A stretch of 62,794 nt of DNA, filler included, from Sphacelaria rigidula (GCA_964200075.2; 11 parts of 11 records of this genome joined end to end with filler, not necessarily neighbours in it); one strand, 5' to 3'; shown: positions 35,296 through 49,335, counted from the whole stretch's first letter. The notes: a model not told the origin generated them from the sequence alone. Numbers and translations are program-made.

Positions 35296-35997
35296 GGGAT
35301 GGGGGGGGCACAGTACAGATTAATGTTCAGTCGGATGGAAATTTTCGGATTTTTAACACTTGATTTGAGTGTGAATACCGATATTCGGATCTTTAGTGGG
35401 GCTAACAGTCTCAAGTTCCCCTAGCTTGCGCAGAACGCGTTCTTGTCTAAATTGGCGCGTGCGGCGCCGATTTGAGGTCTACCAAAGCCACACTTTGCCT
35501 AGGGAACACTTCGCACCCCCCTCGCCCGAGGGTTCTCGGTATGCCTTGGGTTGGGGTCAGGGTTAGCGTTATTTCGAGATCATGTATTTCCGAGATTATT
35601 CTTCCCGACCAAGTGGTAAACTGACCTCGGGGGGTAGGGCCCCGCTCTTTAGATATGGATGGAACTTGGGTGCGTTGGCCAAGAGACCGATCGGCGGCCG
35701 AAAGTTTTGACTTTTTGCGCTTTGCTCTCCCCTGACTTATGGGCGTCGAAAGAGCCGCAAAACCCAACGCCCCTCGCACCGAATAGGCATGATCGATGAT
35801 TGTTCACCTGCGTGGCGAAACACGGCGGTGGCGCTGAGATGGTAGCATGGGTATACAACTGTGGATCCCGATTGATTCCTTTTGTGCAGACACACATCCT
35901 GCCTTTTGAACCTTCGCTGTGATGTCGAATCGAGGGACGTCGAAACCCGTCGACGGATGCTCTACGGTAACCTGGTGACGTGGGTGCCTACTTTTTA

Positions 35998-36183
35998 TTA
36001 CAGGCGGCGCGCTGATCTTGGGGAACCGCCGTCAAGCATGTCCACAAGACGATCATCATTGTGGACAGTGGGCAGCGGACACCACTGGGGCAAGCGCGAT
36101 CTTCCGAATTGATCTTTTCGGCAGGTCTCGACTCCCTGTCGGCGCTCTTCCCTCTCGACGGTTGCGATCTTCGATAATCTTTC
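35998..36183 (-). CDS. Candidate terminal exon, unknown protein
   Basis: tcttcctttgccaacgcag|GAA acceptor. ERLSKIATVEREERRQGVETC...RRL*. No recognisable domain. Confidence 0.3.
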   Translation of the reverse strand, partial: ERLSKIATVEREERRQGVETCRKDQFGRSRLPQWCPLPTVHNDDRLVDMLDGGSPRSARRL

Positions 36184-39100
36184 CTGCGTTGGCAAAGGAA
36201 GACCGTAGCCGATTCCTGACTCGGAGGAGAGATTTCGTGAATGAAGATATCATTCCAAAACACACGTACAACCAACACTGCGGTAGCTTCAGTTGCTATT
36301 CACAGATCCTACACAGTGTTTCTTGCTACGTCGATTTAGCCATCGAAAGCAAAGTATTAGATTGTAGCCGCCCCTCGCTTATCTCTGCATGCTGCTATCT
36401 CATCCCCCACAATGAAAACATACATGGCTGTTTAATGCGGTCATTATATTGATTGGTCTATTCAGACTAGCGCGTTGGAGCCTGGGGCCTGACGATGGAC
36501 GAAATGCGTGTTTTGCTGGCTGTCGTTAGTGGTGTACTCAGTAGTGGTCGTTAGTGGGGAGAATGACATATAATCAAAATCAACAACGGACTGAAACAGC
36601 AGCAGTCGTGCGGCTCACATCCCATATTGGTCGAACATAACAGTACAAAACACAGCAGTATAGAACACAGCAGTACAGCGCAGCGCAGCACAGTGCAGCG
36701 CAGCACCATGCAGTATATGCCGATCTGTATACGAACGTGTCACCGACAGGCGTAACTTCCAGTACGATGCGTGTCGGGGAAGTCATGAGTCAGGAATGAT
36801 CACGAGTGAACAGCAAGCGAACCTGTCTGCGGAGAGATGTGCCAGCCGAATCTACGTGTCTTACCAGCATGAGGTGCCAGCGATTGCCGCTTCTTTTTGT
36901 ACGTTTATTCATGTGTGCATATCGTACGTGCTAGCTGCTTGAGCCCTGGAATGCGCTGCTGCCTGTTCCATGATCTGTGATCTGTGATCCGGTGGGTCAG
37001 TCCGATGGACACGATTGGCATTGTCGATCAGAATGATGTAGAAGAGTAGTCTTGTACAGCCAGGCAAGGCAAAGAGAAGAAAGTGAATTGATGTGGATAT
37101 GAAACCTCACGACCAATCACCAGAACTGTACGTACGTGGGTCAAAAACACGTCAACTGGGTAGGAAATCCCACCGCATGTAACGGCCAAAACATATAATA
37201 CATATGCCTCACCACTGTAACATAAGCCCAGTACCGTAGACCTTACTTTCTGATTATCCTATTCGCAGCAACACGGCCAGCCGTTGGTCGAGGAGACACG
37301 CAGGAGTGGTGAATTCTTTAATTGCCGTATCACGTTGCTCGCTGCCTATAGCTGTTTTTTAGTGGTGTGTGTACGGGGTAGGGGCCTGCATCAAAATGAC
37401 GGGGGCGGAGGAGCCCAGGAGGTTAGCGATACAACTCTAAATTGTAATCAAGCCGCATCACAACTGCATGTTAGCTACACACTCGAGTGGAAGAACTATA
37501 ATCTTCGAAGTCCCACTAACACCGGTTGAACAGCGTGTTAGCGGAGAGGCACCAGGGCCTGTCTTGACAAAAACGTCAATCGAAGATCGAACACGAAAAC
37601 ATATGCGGTGCTGTGATTGGCCAACTGCTCCTGAGCCGCAACAAAACTACTTTCGGTGTTTCCGAGCCCTCCTGTAGGATGATTATAACACTTGCTTGCC
37701 TCAGATCGACTTGAAATTAAAAAAAAAAAAACTTGAATCGACACGCAAAACGAGGACCGGAGGAGAAAAACACAGATGAAAAATCGCCCCACAGATGTGA
37801 CAGTGCGTGTCAGAGGACGTTTCGAGATGTAGCTCTGTGCCCATCATCATTTCAGGGCATGTAACATCGCGTACCGACACCCACAAAAAAACGTGCACGC
37901 ATCCACAGATAGTCTGATACCACGCCAATGCAAGGAAGGTACGTTGATAAAGTGCGTTTGGTTCCGTACTACGCGAGCATCAATGATCCATGATAATAGT
38001 TGGGTCGTCTTTCCGTCTCCAGAGAGTATGAATTTGGCACAGTTTGTGCTGTGCGGTTTTGCGTAAGCGCCATTTTCTGACGGCCCGGAGACAAAACAAG
38101 CAGACCGTACATACGTGGTTGACCCTTTAGCCCAGCCCCTCGCAGATCATCCAATATTGTCCATGGTCATTTTCTAGCGTCAGATCTGCTGGGGTTTTCT
38201 CAAGAGGCACAACACGCCTATTTACATGAACAACGTGGATGTTGAGCATTTGCATGGGAACTCGTGCATGGGAATCCATCACCGTTTGTCTGGCCAAGTT
38301 ACGTGTGTTGTTTGTGTACGTTTTGTTTTGATGAGTAGGTGGCATTGTACATGCTGTCATGCGCAGGTAACAGTCACTTTTCAAGTGAACAAAGCGCCGA
38401 TTCAAAAGATGGGCACACGTGGAGCCGTCAGGGGGTTCACTTACTTGCTGACGAATCCAGCGGCGGGCACACGACATATACGTACCCAGGGTGAATACAT
38501 TTTCAGTAGGGTTGTAAGGCCACCTCTTGTCGAGACGCGAAAAGTCAGTTCCAAAAGCAGCTTCTCGGATCTCATTCAATTCAGAACGACCAACAACTCC
38601 GAGTCTTCTCGGAAACAAAAGCCATCAACATCGGCCATGAATTTTATTTCGATTTCGTTCCATAATACAGTGCTGTTCCTTTTCCGTAATGCGGAGGCGT
38701 TTCCATCGGAGACATGGTAGTATTTGTACGTTCCAGTTGAAAAAGTCATCTTCCGCAGGTCAACTTTCTTGCGCTCAGAGCACAGGTTATTGTGGGCAGA
38801 GGGGTGGTCACAGGGCAGCACGGGCAGCTCGCTTGACGGGCGACCTGCTGTGGTGGAGAAAGTCGCACCACGCACGAAGTACGTCATTGCGCAAATCGCA
38901 AGCGATTGCTAGTGATCACCTGCCTCGCATCACGAGTACAGGAAAAAAATGGTGCAGGGTTCTCTAGATGCGGCCCCCACCCCGTGCGCACTGGTCTTCT
39001 TGTGCTAATTGCTGTCTGCGTGTAAGACTGCGTGCCGACCATAGCAGTGACGCCTTGGACGGTGCTGCCTGCTCGCTGAACAGCAGCAGGGTACAGGGTG

Positions 39101-41132
39101 ATATGGCACACCACAGCACGTCACATCCTTGGCTTATCCCTGTACCGTGGTGATTCCCCGCTGTCTTATGCAGTTTGACACAACATGAAACGCCGACATC
39201 TTGTCGTGCAGCATCTGTGTACGTGGGATGCCACACCTTGCTACCCCACATTTTACAGCTGTCTGTATTGCAACGGTGTGCTGTGTTGGGTTAGGTCGGC
39301 TTCCGCAGAAGACGTACACTCTTCGGGCTGCGACACTTCTGCACTTTCGTTTCAATAACTAGTGGGTGGTATAGCTAGGATGTACTCGACAGTACAGTAC
39401 TGTGTACTGCACGGTACGAAGCTTGAAGCTCGTACATTATACACCCTGGACAAAAGGTCACACCGCAAAAAAGTGCAGTGCGTACAATATCGACTATTGC
39501 GTCTAATGCAATGGACAATAACTTTCATTCTGTACGCAGTACACTTCTTAGGGCTGTGAACTGGATTAGTTCGTACTGGCGATGAAACTGGAGCTGGAGT
39601 TTACCTGAAACCGGCGATGGGGACTCCAGTTTATCCAGTTTAATTGAAGTTTGTTACCGGCTATGTTTATACCAATTTTAATATACGAGCTGGGCCAGCC
39701 GAGAAGCGATTCTGCAGTTTGCAGGCCCATTACGCGACCCATACTTGGAGCTGGACCCTGAAATTTGGTATGAACAATAAGTAGGGCAAAATAAAAAAAA
39801 TGACTGGCGTACACAAGTTTTTTTTTGTTTTTTTCATGAGTTAGGGGCATTTTACCGATATCTGAAAACTGATTATTGCCCTTAACTCATGAAAAAAAAA
39901 AATCCCTTGTGTACGCCAAGAATTTTNNNNNNNNNNNNNNNNNNNNNNNNNNNNNNNNNNNNNNNNNNNNTTAATTAATTAANNNNNNNNNNNNNNNNNN
40001 NNNNNNNNNNNNNNNNNNNNNNNNNNCTAGAGGCATGAGTTCTGCGTATCCCTCTGTCGAAGCGGCACAAGCGGCGGTAAGGTCGTATGTAATCGACGGT
40101 AACGAACAAGCTGTGTGTAGACAGCTGATCCCCGTCGCGGAAAAATGCCCAGAACATGTAAGGGAGTATGGAGGGGCAGCTGCTGCGATGCTGCATTCGA
40201 TGAGGCGTACCGTACTGGATATACGGCGCAATGCCCATGCTGTTCCAAGAGAATTTGCCGCTCGTAACACAGAGGGAAATTGCGGCCCACCCCGACCACA
40301 AAGGGCCGTGTGGCAAGGTGATGGGGACAATATCCAAGGCGACTCATACTGCTTGATACATCTGTACATCACCTGATGCGCACAACACCCGAATTATATC
40401 ACAGACAGTTTGTACCTGCACCTGAAAATAGATGGGATTAAAATTTTGGTCTTCCTCTAACCCTGCGGTTACATACATACGTGGATTTTTAGCAACGTGA
40501 CTCCGCTGTTTCATACACACGCAGGACACGTGATTCCGAAACCAGCCTCATCGGTCGTTCTGGAGGCCCAGTCTCATGAGGTTTAATCTCATATTTTTTG
40601 TTTTTTGTCATATTTCTACTATTTACTTCCTCCATCCCCATCCCCGTTCCTGCGGATGAGTCCGTAGTGTCGTTCAGTCGTGAGCGCTCAGCTCATCTCT
40701 ACCCCAGTTTAACTCTCGCTTATCTTGTAAATTTGTATCAATCTCTCGATCAGCGCCCCCGCAGCCGGTAAGCCGCTGGAGTGCAGCCGCTGGACTTCCG
40801 TCGATTATTTGATGTCAACGGTCGTCCTCATGCTTTCCACGATCGAAACCGGTCAAATACACCTTTTCTGTCGAGATTCGAATGCACCACGACCTCGCCA
40901 CCCAAACCGTCTAATGAAGATGGTGGTGAGGGTGACGGTGATGGTGATGATGATGGTGGTGGTGGTGATGATATATGGGTTGAACCACCCGGGCGCAGCG
41001 AGATTCAGAGACTGTACATGATTAACATGAAGCATGCCACAAAGTTGATGCCTGTTGTTCGAACATACAGAAACATGCGGAATCATACCGCTAAACGCTG
41101 GCGTGTGACGTTTTTTGGCACGTGTATCACAG

Positions 41133-41414
41133 TACGCCTCGGGGGGAAAACTTGGCGGCGGTGACGGAGGGCGAGGGAGGTCTAGAAACTCGAGAGATGA
41201 GGATATGGAAGGGGGCTTGGATGAGGATTGGGGGCAGGACGTAAACATCATTGAGTTGCAAAGCAACGTTTTCGGCTCTAGCCAGGCGGAAAAGCGCAAC
41301 CGGAGCGTTAACGACGGCGGGGCGGGCGGGGCGGAGTTGGTCACAACCCCAACGTCAACGACGAGCCCCGGAAAAGAAAATATGAGCTCACCACGCCGAG
41401 GAGCTAGCTGCTGA
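41133..41414 (+). CDS. Candidate terminal exon, low-complexity acidic/Gly-rich C-terminus
   Basis: ttttttggcacgtgtatcacag|TAC. YASGGKLGGGDGGRGRSRNSRDEDMEGGLDEDWGQDVNIIELQSNVF...SC*. Confidence 0.35.
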   Translation, partial: YASGGKLGGGDGGRGRSRNSRDEDMEGGLDEDWGQDVNIIELQSNVFGSSQAEKRNRSVNDGGAGGAELVTTPTSTTSPGKENMSSPRRGASC

Positions 41415-42600
41415 TATAGTGCTTGCTCAACGACTGTTTCGGAGTGATGTGGCCAATTATGTAGGTTCCATTTTATTTCCATTTTCGAGCGATTATCGAT
41501 CATCGATGCGCGGGGTCTGTTGTGCATGTGTTTTGAGTGTGAGAGCTGTGGTGTGCTGGTGTTGTATGCAGCTTTCGTTTTCCCACGCTTCGAGCGACAC
41601 GAGTACTTGGCATCGGTGAATATTTTTTGTGCAGTAGCTGTGTTGCAGCAGGACCTGGGCTCCTCCCCGTCCTGCTGAATGCATCAATGCACGTGTGTAC
41701 TCATTTCATCAGTGGATGTTAATCTAAGTCGTGTTTCAAGTGTGGCCGGTACAGTAGGTGTACAGTAGGCGTAGAGTAGTACTGTACCAGAGTACTTGTG
41801 GAGTGGAGTTTGGCATAGGCTTCTGCGTAAGTCTAGCTGTTGGGTGCGGTCATGATGCATCGTACGGATGACGCGCATGCGAAACGATTCATGGTGGAGC
41901 AATCGATCAAAATGCTCAAAGTTATGCCGACTTGCCCGTGTTTTCTTGTCACTGTGTTTGAGGGTGCAGGGTGCAGGGTGCAGGGTGCAGGGTGCAGGGC
42001 ACAGGCGTTCATGTAAATTGTGTTCATGTATTCTTGTTGCGCGTGTGAAACAGTAGGGCATATCGATGGTGCGTGCGTGCGTGTGTGTGAGAGTGTGTAT
42101 GTGATCCATATCTTTCGCAACGAATGAGGGTGCATTGTTGGTGTGCCCATGCTGACATTTTTCTTCACCAGCTCACTCTTTGCTACGGTGCCGTGGTTGC
42201 TCTTGTGGGTATGCCATGCTACTTGGGTTGCAGCAACAACATCCATGTTACCGATAGACGTTTAGTCAACGTTAGATGTGCCAAGTGGGAGGTTGGATGT
42301 GCGAAGTCGGAGGTTTTTGTTCTTGGGCTACAGATGGAACGGTACGGATCATAATGAATTCACGTGAAGTGTACACGAACACGCACGATCCAGTGACAGG
42401 CAGGGCAAAAAACAACAAACAATGCGAGGCACGTCGGCCGACTCCAAAATACTAAATACTGCACCTCCCGGATCAACAGTGCAACAAAAACAAACAAAAC
42501 CAAAGCAAATGTTGACGACTCGTGGTAGTTCTCGGGTGCCTGCGGGGTCACAGCTGTGATGAAAACGTCCCGTTGGGAAACCAATCAAGCCAAAAAACAC

Positions 42601-43463
42601 CAGGGCTCTTTATGTTACACGTCACTCGTGTGTTTCACACCACAAACGTAACGTCACAATCGTGTGACGTGACGTGACGTATGTTTTCTGAAGACGTCAC
42701 AAATGTGACGTGACGTGACGTATGTTTTTTGAAGACGTCACAAATGTGACGTGACGTGACGTGACGTATTTTTTTACACGTCGCATCAACGTATTTTGAA
42801 ACGTGTATCGTAAAGTATTTCTTACGTTACACACTTTTTTGTACCTTGCACGTTCGTGACGTCTGAATGAACGTCACAAACATTTTTTGTGACGCCTGAA
42901 TAAACATCACACACGTCACACTCTTGACTTGTACCACAATGTGACATGACGTATCGGCAGAAATTGTGACGTGACGTAACGTGTTTTTCAAACGTCACAT
43001 CAACGTAATTTGCAACGTTTATTGTAACGTGTGTCGTATTGAATACGTTACACGTGTGTGACGTTTGTTGTGAGGTCTGATTGAACGTCACGAACGTCAC
43101 CGTGAATCTCCCGTACCAAGTTACGCTAAATGAAACGTTACAAGGTCGTACGTTGCGTTCATATGCCCTCAACAACATGGTTGAAGTGTAAGGTTTCTTT
43201 TAACGTCACACGTGACAAACATGACGTACATTATACGTTACATCTTACAATAAACGTTTCAAAATACGTTACTGTGATGTGACATCACGGACAGTTTTTC
43301 AAGACGTCACAAGTGAGACGTGACGTGATGTACCGGTAAGAAATTGTGATGTGACGTCACGTATTATTTTCAAGACGTCACAAAGTGTGACTTGACGTGA
43401 CGTATAACTTTTAAGACGTCACATTTGTGACGTAGCGTGTAACGCATGGCGTAAAGAGCCCGG
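42601..43463. mobile_element. Non-autonomous hAT-like element filled with GTGAC/GTCAC motifs
   Basis: TIRs cagggctcttta / taaagagcccgg. Flanks aaaaacac versus (aaa)aaaaatac approximate an 8-bp TSD. Confidence 0.65.
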
Positions 43464-44121
43464 AAAAAAAATACTGTGCGTATCTTCAAAAAGTGGCAAA
43501 AATCTGCTGCAGTACCGTGCGCTAGCCACACTAGAAATGTCCACGCTCCGGTAGGAGATTGGGCCTGTATAAGCGAAAATAGGAAAAATTATGTCAACTT
43601 CATTGGCATGGCTCACCCTTCGATCGAGTGACCAACACAGCAGATCCCGAAAATAGGAGCAAATTTTTTTCATGGGGGAATGACACAAAAACGGGGCTCG
43701 AAATCGTGGGAAAGCATGACACTTTCTACGATAGCCCTCCCCAGAAAAGTGCATGGTTTTTGGAGGCAAAATCTTCAGGTAAATCGAAGTGGGAAGAGCC
43801 GAGCACAACGAGCAACTGGGAATTCCCACGCTTGGGCTCGTTCTCGCCAATGTTGCTAATATGAGGCGCTTCATGCAGCCTGAACCCGAAATCAGGCGCG
43901 GTATGGCCATTTTTTTCGTGACACTTTTGGGCTGGTTTTGGGGGGAGGCTATCGTGAAAAGTGTCGCATACCCTTCTAGGGCACCGAGGAGACTGGAGAT
44001 CTCCGGAAGGTTGAGGAGCCCAGCCCAGAGGTAATGGAAATATTTTGAAAATGAAGTGCGAGTCGCTTGACTCTGGCACAAAGCGCTTTATACTCGCGCC
44101 TGAAATTGTTTTCCCTCTATT

Positions 44122-44564
44122 AACACGGGATCTTACAAATTGAGGATGGATCATTTATTGGGGATGGAAACCCGGAGGGTTAAAATCTTCGTATCCGCAC
44201 CAAATATTCGAAATATGCTTCCATTTCTCCACCTACTGATATCTATTGATAACTACTACACGCCACAGAAGTTTGGATTTCGATCACCGAAATGTTGGGG
44301 TCCTAGGCGAAAAAACAATTTGGTGGAATTCCGGGTGTCCGAGCGGACGCCAAAATTGTTCCGAAATGGTTTTTTCATCTAGGACCCCAAAATTTCGGTG
44401 ATCGAAATCCAAATTTCTATGGCGTGTAGCAGTTGTCAGTAGCTATCAGTAGATGAAGAAATGGAACCATATTTCGAATATTTGGTGCAGATACGAAGAT
44501 TTTAATCCTCCGGGTTTCTAATCCCCAATAAAAGATCCATCCCCAATTTGTAAGACCCCGTGTT
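44122..44564. mobile_element. Intact foldback MITE of about 443 bp with 4-bp TSD TATT
   Basis: Near-perfect palindrome aacacgggatcttacaaattg...caatttgtaagaccccgtgtt. TATT at 44118-44121 and 44565-44568. Confidence 0.9.
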
Positions 44565-45743
44565 TATTCATAACCTAGAAAGTAAAGATATTCTCTACCT
44601 AATACGTCACAACACCCAAAAGCTCTTTTCAGATCCTTTAGGTACGTTCCATGTGATGTGCATTTTCCCCCTGGTGGTGGTTGAGGAACTATTGAGTTTG
44701 ATGAATGTTTGAGAATGGCTTCCGAAAAAACTTGTCGGCGAGATGCGGGAATCACAAATTTCAAAATCTTTTCGGGCTGCTGGATGTTGGGTATATTTAC
44801 CCGTAATATGCCAGTGTAGGGCGTGTACTATTTCGCACTATTCCAAAAGAGTCTTCTCTTTGTTCGCATGGAGAAAATTCTTCCCATTTTTCAGGATTTC
44901 CTTTTAAAATCTGATCTCGCCTCACAGCACAGTGCGAACCTCCCGCCACTCGATGCATCTCTGTGTGCCCAAGATGATTTCGTGAGAGTCATGCTACGGT
45001 AGGGGTGCTGCGTTTGGACTCGGATCTTTCTCATTCAGGGGCTCTTGAAGTTGAAGGCTATACAAAAGTAAGTGTCAGGCAGCTTCTTATAGTCGGAAAA
45101 GGGACTCTGTCATAATGATGTAAGAAGCTAATGCATTGGCTGGGGTCTCTCAGTATGAATGCCAGGGGATGCCATGGTGCCGACCCACCAAGCGCCCAAC
45201 GTGGGCAACATCATGCAGACCTTAGCTATCCATCAGACACACAATACACTCAGGTTCATTTATGTATACTGATTGGGGACTCACGTGTTGATAGCATCAT
45301 ATAACAGCGGATCCTAATTTTTGGGGTTGATCTCTCAAATGGGGTTCAAGTGATACAAACGGAAAACTGTTTGCCTTAGTGGTCGTCCACATGCATGTCT
45401 CTACTGTACAAGTCGAGTACTAGAGCGAACAATAATAATAGCATTTCGGTCATGCAGGTTACGAGGTTTTGCTAGCTCATGCAAATATGACTTACTTTTA
45501 CTATTATATATGGCTACACATTTCACCATTCCATTTGGCACAGTTCGATTTTACTCTCATGTCAACATTCTAGCAGATAACAGGGTTGCCAGAAAAATGA
45601 GAACGTATTTTGAAATGAGAATCAACCGCTCCCCGGGATTGTGNNNNNNNNNNNNNNNNNNNNNNNNNNNNNNNNNNNNNNNNNNNNTTAATTAATTAAN
45701 NNNNNNNNNNNNNNNNNNNNNNNNNNNNNNNNNNNNNNNNNNN

Positions 45744-45922
45744 CACTCCCGCACCGCGTCACCCCACGTCACACAAACCCAGTCGACTACTTCGTTTACT
45801 CATGTTCTCACGCTTTCCACGGCGGAAATCATACCTTACGAAGAAAAACTCAACGCATCGGGAATCGAACCCCCGTTCTCACCACCCTAATGGCGACAGT
45901 CGGGCCATTGCACCACCGGGGC
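45744..45922 (-). mobile_element. SINE family B 5' part (tRNA-like head), cut by contig start
   Basis: Minus strand GCCCCGGTGGTGCAATGG (A box) ... GGTTCGATTCC (B box). No acceptor-stem pairing. Body matches 30350-30470. Confidence 0.75.
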
Positions 45923-46224
45923 GCGGCTGTTCCTTGTGAATTGGTCCATTTTGAAAGGGTTCAGGTTACTGCCGTGCCGATGTGTCTGTGTCCGCACTAC
46001 AAATGAACGCGAGGCATTCCTGGCAACCTGCTACGCTGTATAGGCTTCTGCAAGGCACTGTGAGAACCCTAGTTATCGAACGCCGCTTCGATATGCTCCA
46101 GTGTCTGAAAACGCCATAGTACGTTGACTGGCAGTCCCGTGGTTAGCCGATGCTGACTTTTGACCCAGTAACACCGGCCCGGTGTTTGATCTTCAACAGC
46201 CCCCGCCACAATATTACTGTGTTA

Positions 46225-46320
46225 TGTGTGTACTGTCGTCCCACCTATTCTGGGCGCCGGTCTACACCTTTCAGTATACGTGGGCGTACCGGCCGGGGTC
46301 ACACAGGAGGAAGGCCAACA
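46225..46320 (-). mobile_element. SINE family A 3' fragment
   Basis: gtcgtcccacctattctgggcgccggtctac...ccggggtcacacaggaggaaggccaaca. Confidence 0.7.
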
Positions 46321-46379
46321 TATGCGATTGTTTCACTCTAAACCATGTGTGTGAGTGTGATGTGGAGATGATGGTGCAG

Positions 46380-46755
46380 TATCAACTACCACATGTTGCC
46401 GTATCACGAGATAGTCGAACGAACTAGCTGCGAGTGCATTGAGGCCACCGTGATGAAAAGGACTCTCTTACACGCCGGCCGCGTTGTGCGCATGCACGAT
46501 GACCGCCTCCCCAACATAGTTATGCGTGGAGTGGTGGTTGGAGGGAAAACGAGAGCAGGCCGACCCGCAAGGCGCCATACGGACTACCGCTCATACTTCG
46601 GAATAAGCACGATGTCGTGGACGCAGGTTGCTCAAAATGTGTCCGAGCGGTCTCGAGTTGTAGAGAAGGGGGCTAGCTTGTACATGGAAGCCTGGACCAA
46701 AGCACGCCAAGCTAAGAAGTTTCCCCAGTGCCGACCGAGGACCTCCAAAAAGTAA
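46380..46755 (+). mobile_element. RTE-clade LINE ORF C-terminal fragment
   Basis: CIEATVMKRTLLHAGRVVRMHDDRLPNIVMRGVVVGGKTRAGRP matches the RTE post-RT motif R.L..AGHV.RM...RLPK....G...G.R..GRP. Confidence 0.8.
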
Positions 46756-49335
46756 CATGTAGTCCATCAGGCAGTACACTCGCTGGTACATCTGCCGCCT
46801 TTTCCCGAACAGCTGTGGTAGTCGTCTATAAGGGTGCATGGGGTTGTTCGTGAGTTGAACCCTAACTTGGTGGCCGTACTAATCTCCTTGCGTCACGTGT
46901 CTTCTCTCGTCTTGTTTTTTATTATCTTCTCTCTTCCTCTCTTTCGGTGTACTTTTTTGGCAGATCCGGCGTTTGTCGTTGTTTCTTTTCTTTTCTTTTC
47001 TTTTCTTTTGTGATTGCGGGTACGTGGAGAAACGACGACAGTTTTGGTGTTTTCGAATGTACCGTGGCGTGACATGTATGTGATTGTCGTCAACGCGTTT
47101 ATGTTCTTCCGAAGGTAAAGTACCGCGTAGTACCAACGAAGATTGCCGCGCCATCGCTGTACACTGTTCGTACGTGTAGCACTCGCCGATGGTTTATTCA
47201 CCCCCGTCTGCCCTCTCCGGGTAGGGCAACTCCGGCGAAGTAATTTCCAGCAGACATGTGGTGCAGGGGCCGCTGGCATTCGCCAGCATACTTTTGCCAT
47301 CGAAAACCCCTAAATTTACGAGATTCATTCCCCACCTCGACCGGCACAGCCTCCAACCCTAATTTTACTCAGCACATTGATACCGATAGCCCATACTGAC
47401 AGCCGAATCCCCGCTCTGCCGCGAATATCCAATTCAGGCACCATTCGTGCACCACGCCACCCCTGGAGACCTGTGGTGGGCAATGAGCAAGGCCGCCCCC
47501 TACGTGCATCAGGTGTGCCTCCTACCCGAAAATCCTCACTCGTCGATATTTTTCGCCATGGAAATAATCCGCCCACCTCCACCGGGGCTCTCCAAAGTCA
47601 GCCCGCTGCAGCACCCATGCTACCGTTTACGACCAGAGGATAGCCGAGCAGGAATCGCGCGCGTCTACGACTTCAGGTTGGGTCCTGGGGTATCTACAGG
47701 TTCGCACTCCCTGGGCTTCATCGGGGTAATTCTCTGCCTGGCGGCTGGTGAGGGGGGTGGAGTTGAGTCCACCGGGGGCGGCACGGGGTCGAGTGGGCAG
47801 GGGGGGACGCTGACAAGACGGGGTCTTTTTGACGATGGGTCGCTTTCACGGGTGGGGGGATGGAAATGGATCGAGGGGGACGAGGAGGTGGACGTCAGGA
47901 ATTCTAGCGACGGCATGTATGAAGCTGTCGTTGTAGAGTGGCTGGCGGAAGGACAAGCTGTGGAGAGCACTGCCAGACTGTGAAGGGCACTGCTTTTTTC
48001 GTTGCTGGGTGATTTGAGAGTGCGGGATAATGGGGGCGGGGTGGGATCGCAGATGGAGACAGAGTAGGATCAAGTGCTCCTGTTTTCTCGCTTGCAGGAT
48101 TTTCTGAAGTGCCGCGGAGTGTGAGCCTTAGCACGGCGGACGTAGATCGTGTAGTTAAAGTGTTTGAGGTCAGCGATCGATTCTGGTTGTGAGTGTGCGG
48201 TGGGGTAAGGCGGGTTTGGTTCGTGTCCGTCTGTATGTCGTCTGTCTGTCCGTCTGCGTGGTTACAGCGTGTGTAATTTGTTTAGTGTGGAGGTCGCCAT
48301 GGCCATACCGCTGGGATGAATGGCGGGATGTTCCGCGCAGATGTTAGGCGGGTGCCCGTTCAGCAGGTTCTCGCACATTGCCCCTGTCCGTTCATAGGGG
48401 CGGTTATTTTTCACCGGCGTACTGCACGCATCTGGTCGTTCTCTAGATATGACTCGTCTGGGCCAGGCACCAACTTCACCGGGATATTTGTGTAACAGCA
48501 GCTGGTGAATTGAATAGCGTATTCCGATCAAGGTAATAGTCTGCGGTTTCTCCATATCTCCAATTTCCCTATGGTTATTTACGGTAACTCACGTACCTCA
48601 TGTATAAGGTTCCTGGTCGGGTCTTGGGCACAGGGTCGTGCATGACGACGGTCACGGATGCTGCATTTCGGAATGCTGCCATTTTCCAGGCAACCGCACT
48701 GGTGCGTCGCACGCGCTTTTTCGGCAGAGAATGGTAGTGGTGCAGTATCTGCGTAACGTAATTTGTGCTGTCTCGTTAAATATGTTTGAGCTCGAACTGG
48801 GGGTGGTGGGAGTAGTGGAGGTTTGTCATCCTGTGTGATGACGCCGATATTTTGTAAAAAAAAAAGGGAATCGGTGCTCTTGCGTGCTTGTCACCACTTT
48901 GCAGGATTCAATGCCCTATGTGAGGCACTGGACTGCCGTAGCTCATTTGGTAGATTTCTCACTCCAGCTTCTTTACCCGTGCTCTTTCCTTGCTTAAGGC
49001 TGACTCCTTAGGGTTCTGGTGGTGGGAGAGATGGTGGATTGAGGCACGTTGGATGTGCTCCGCGTGCGGAGACGCAGCCGGGCAGTGTCTAGAAAAGTTT
49101 TAAATTTCCGAAGTAGATTTTTTGAAGTGCGGATAATTGAGAGGTTACCCTTACTTGCAGCGACTGTAGAGCAGCACACGCACAGCTGAGGTACACCTCG
49201 TACGGTCGGGACGTGTGGCATCCGGTAGAGGTGTGAGTCATGGTCGTGTGAGTTCCTTGGTGACCGTGTGGGTATGATGGGCCAAACCCGTGGATTAAAC
49301 ATGGTTGTTCGTGATGTATAATAGACCAGAAGGTG

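Noticed and set aside
38100..38920. Exon-like minus-strand segments ending QQ|gtaagt
   Set aside because: They need frameshifts and read-through of stops and have no recognisable domain. Possibly a pseudogene, but unsupported.
40027..41030. ORFs 40035-40376 and 40781-41164 as exons
   Set aside because: Protein-like in parts, but no consistent splice model or domain. The second is dominated by a GGT/GAT microsatellite.
45850..45922. Possible tRNA gene (also 2210-2292, 9140-9215, 49600-49677)
   Set aside because: A and B boxes are present, but there is no acceptor stem or proper anticodon arm, and each continues into a shared repeat body. These are SINE heads.
47000..49110. Minus-strand gag/protease-like remnant
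   Set aside because: Pro/Ser-rich frames without an intact CCHC or DSG/DTG motif.
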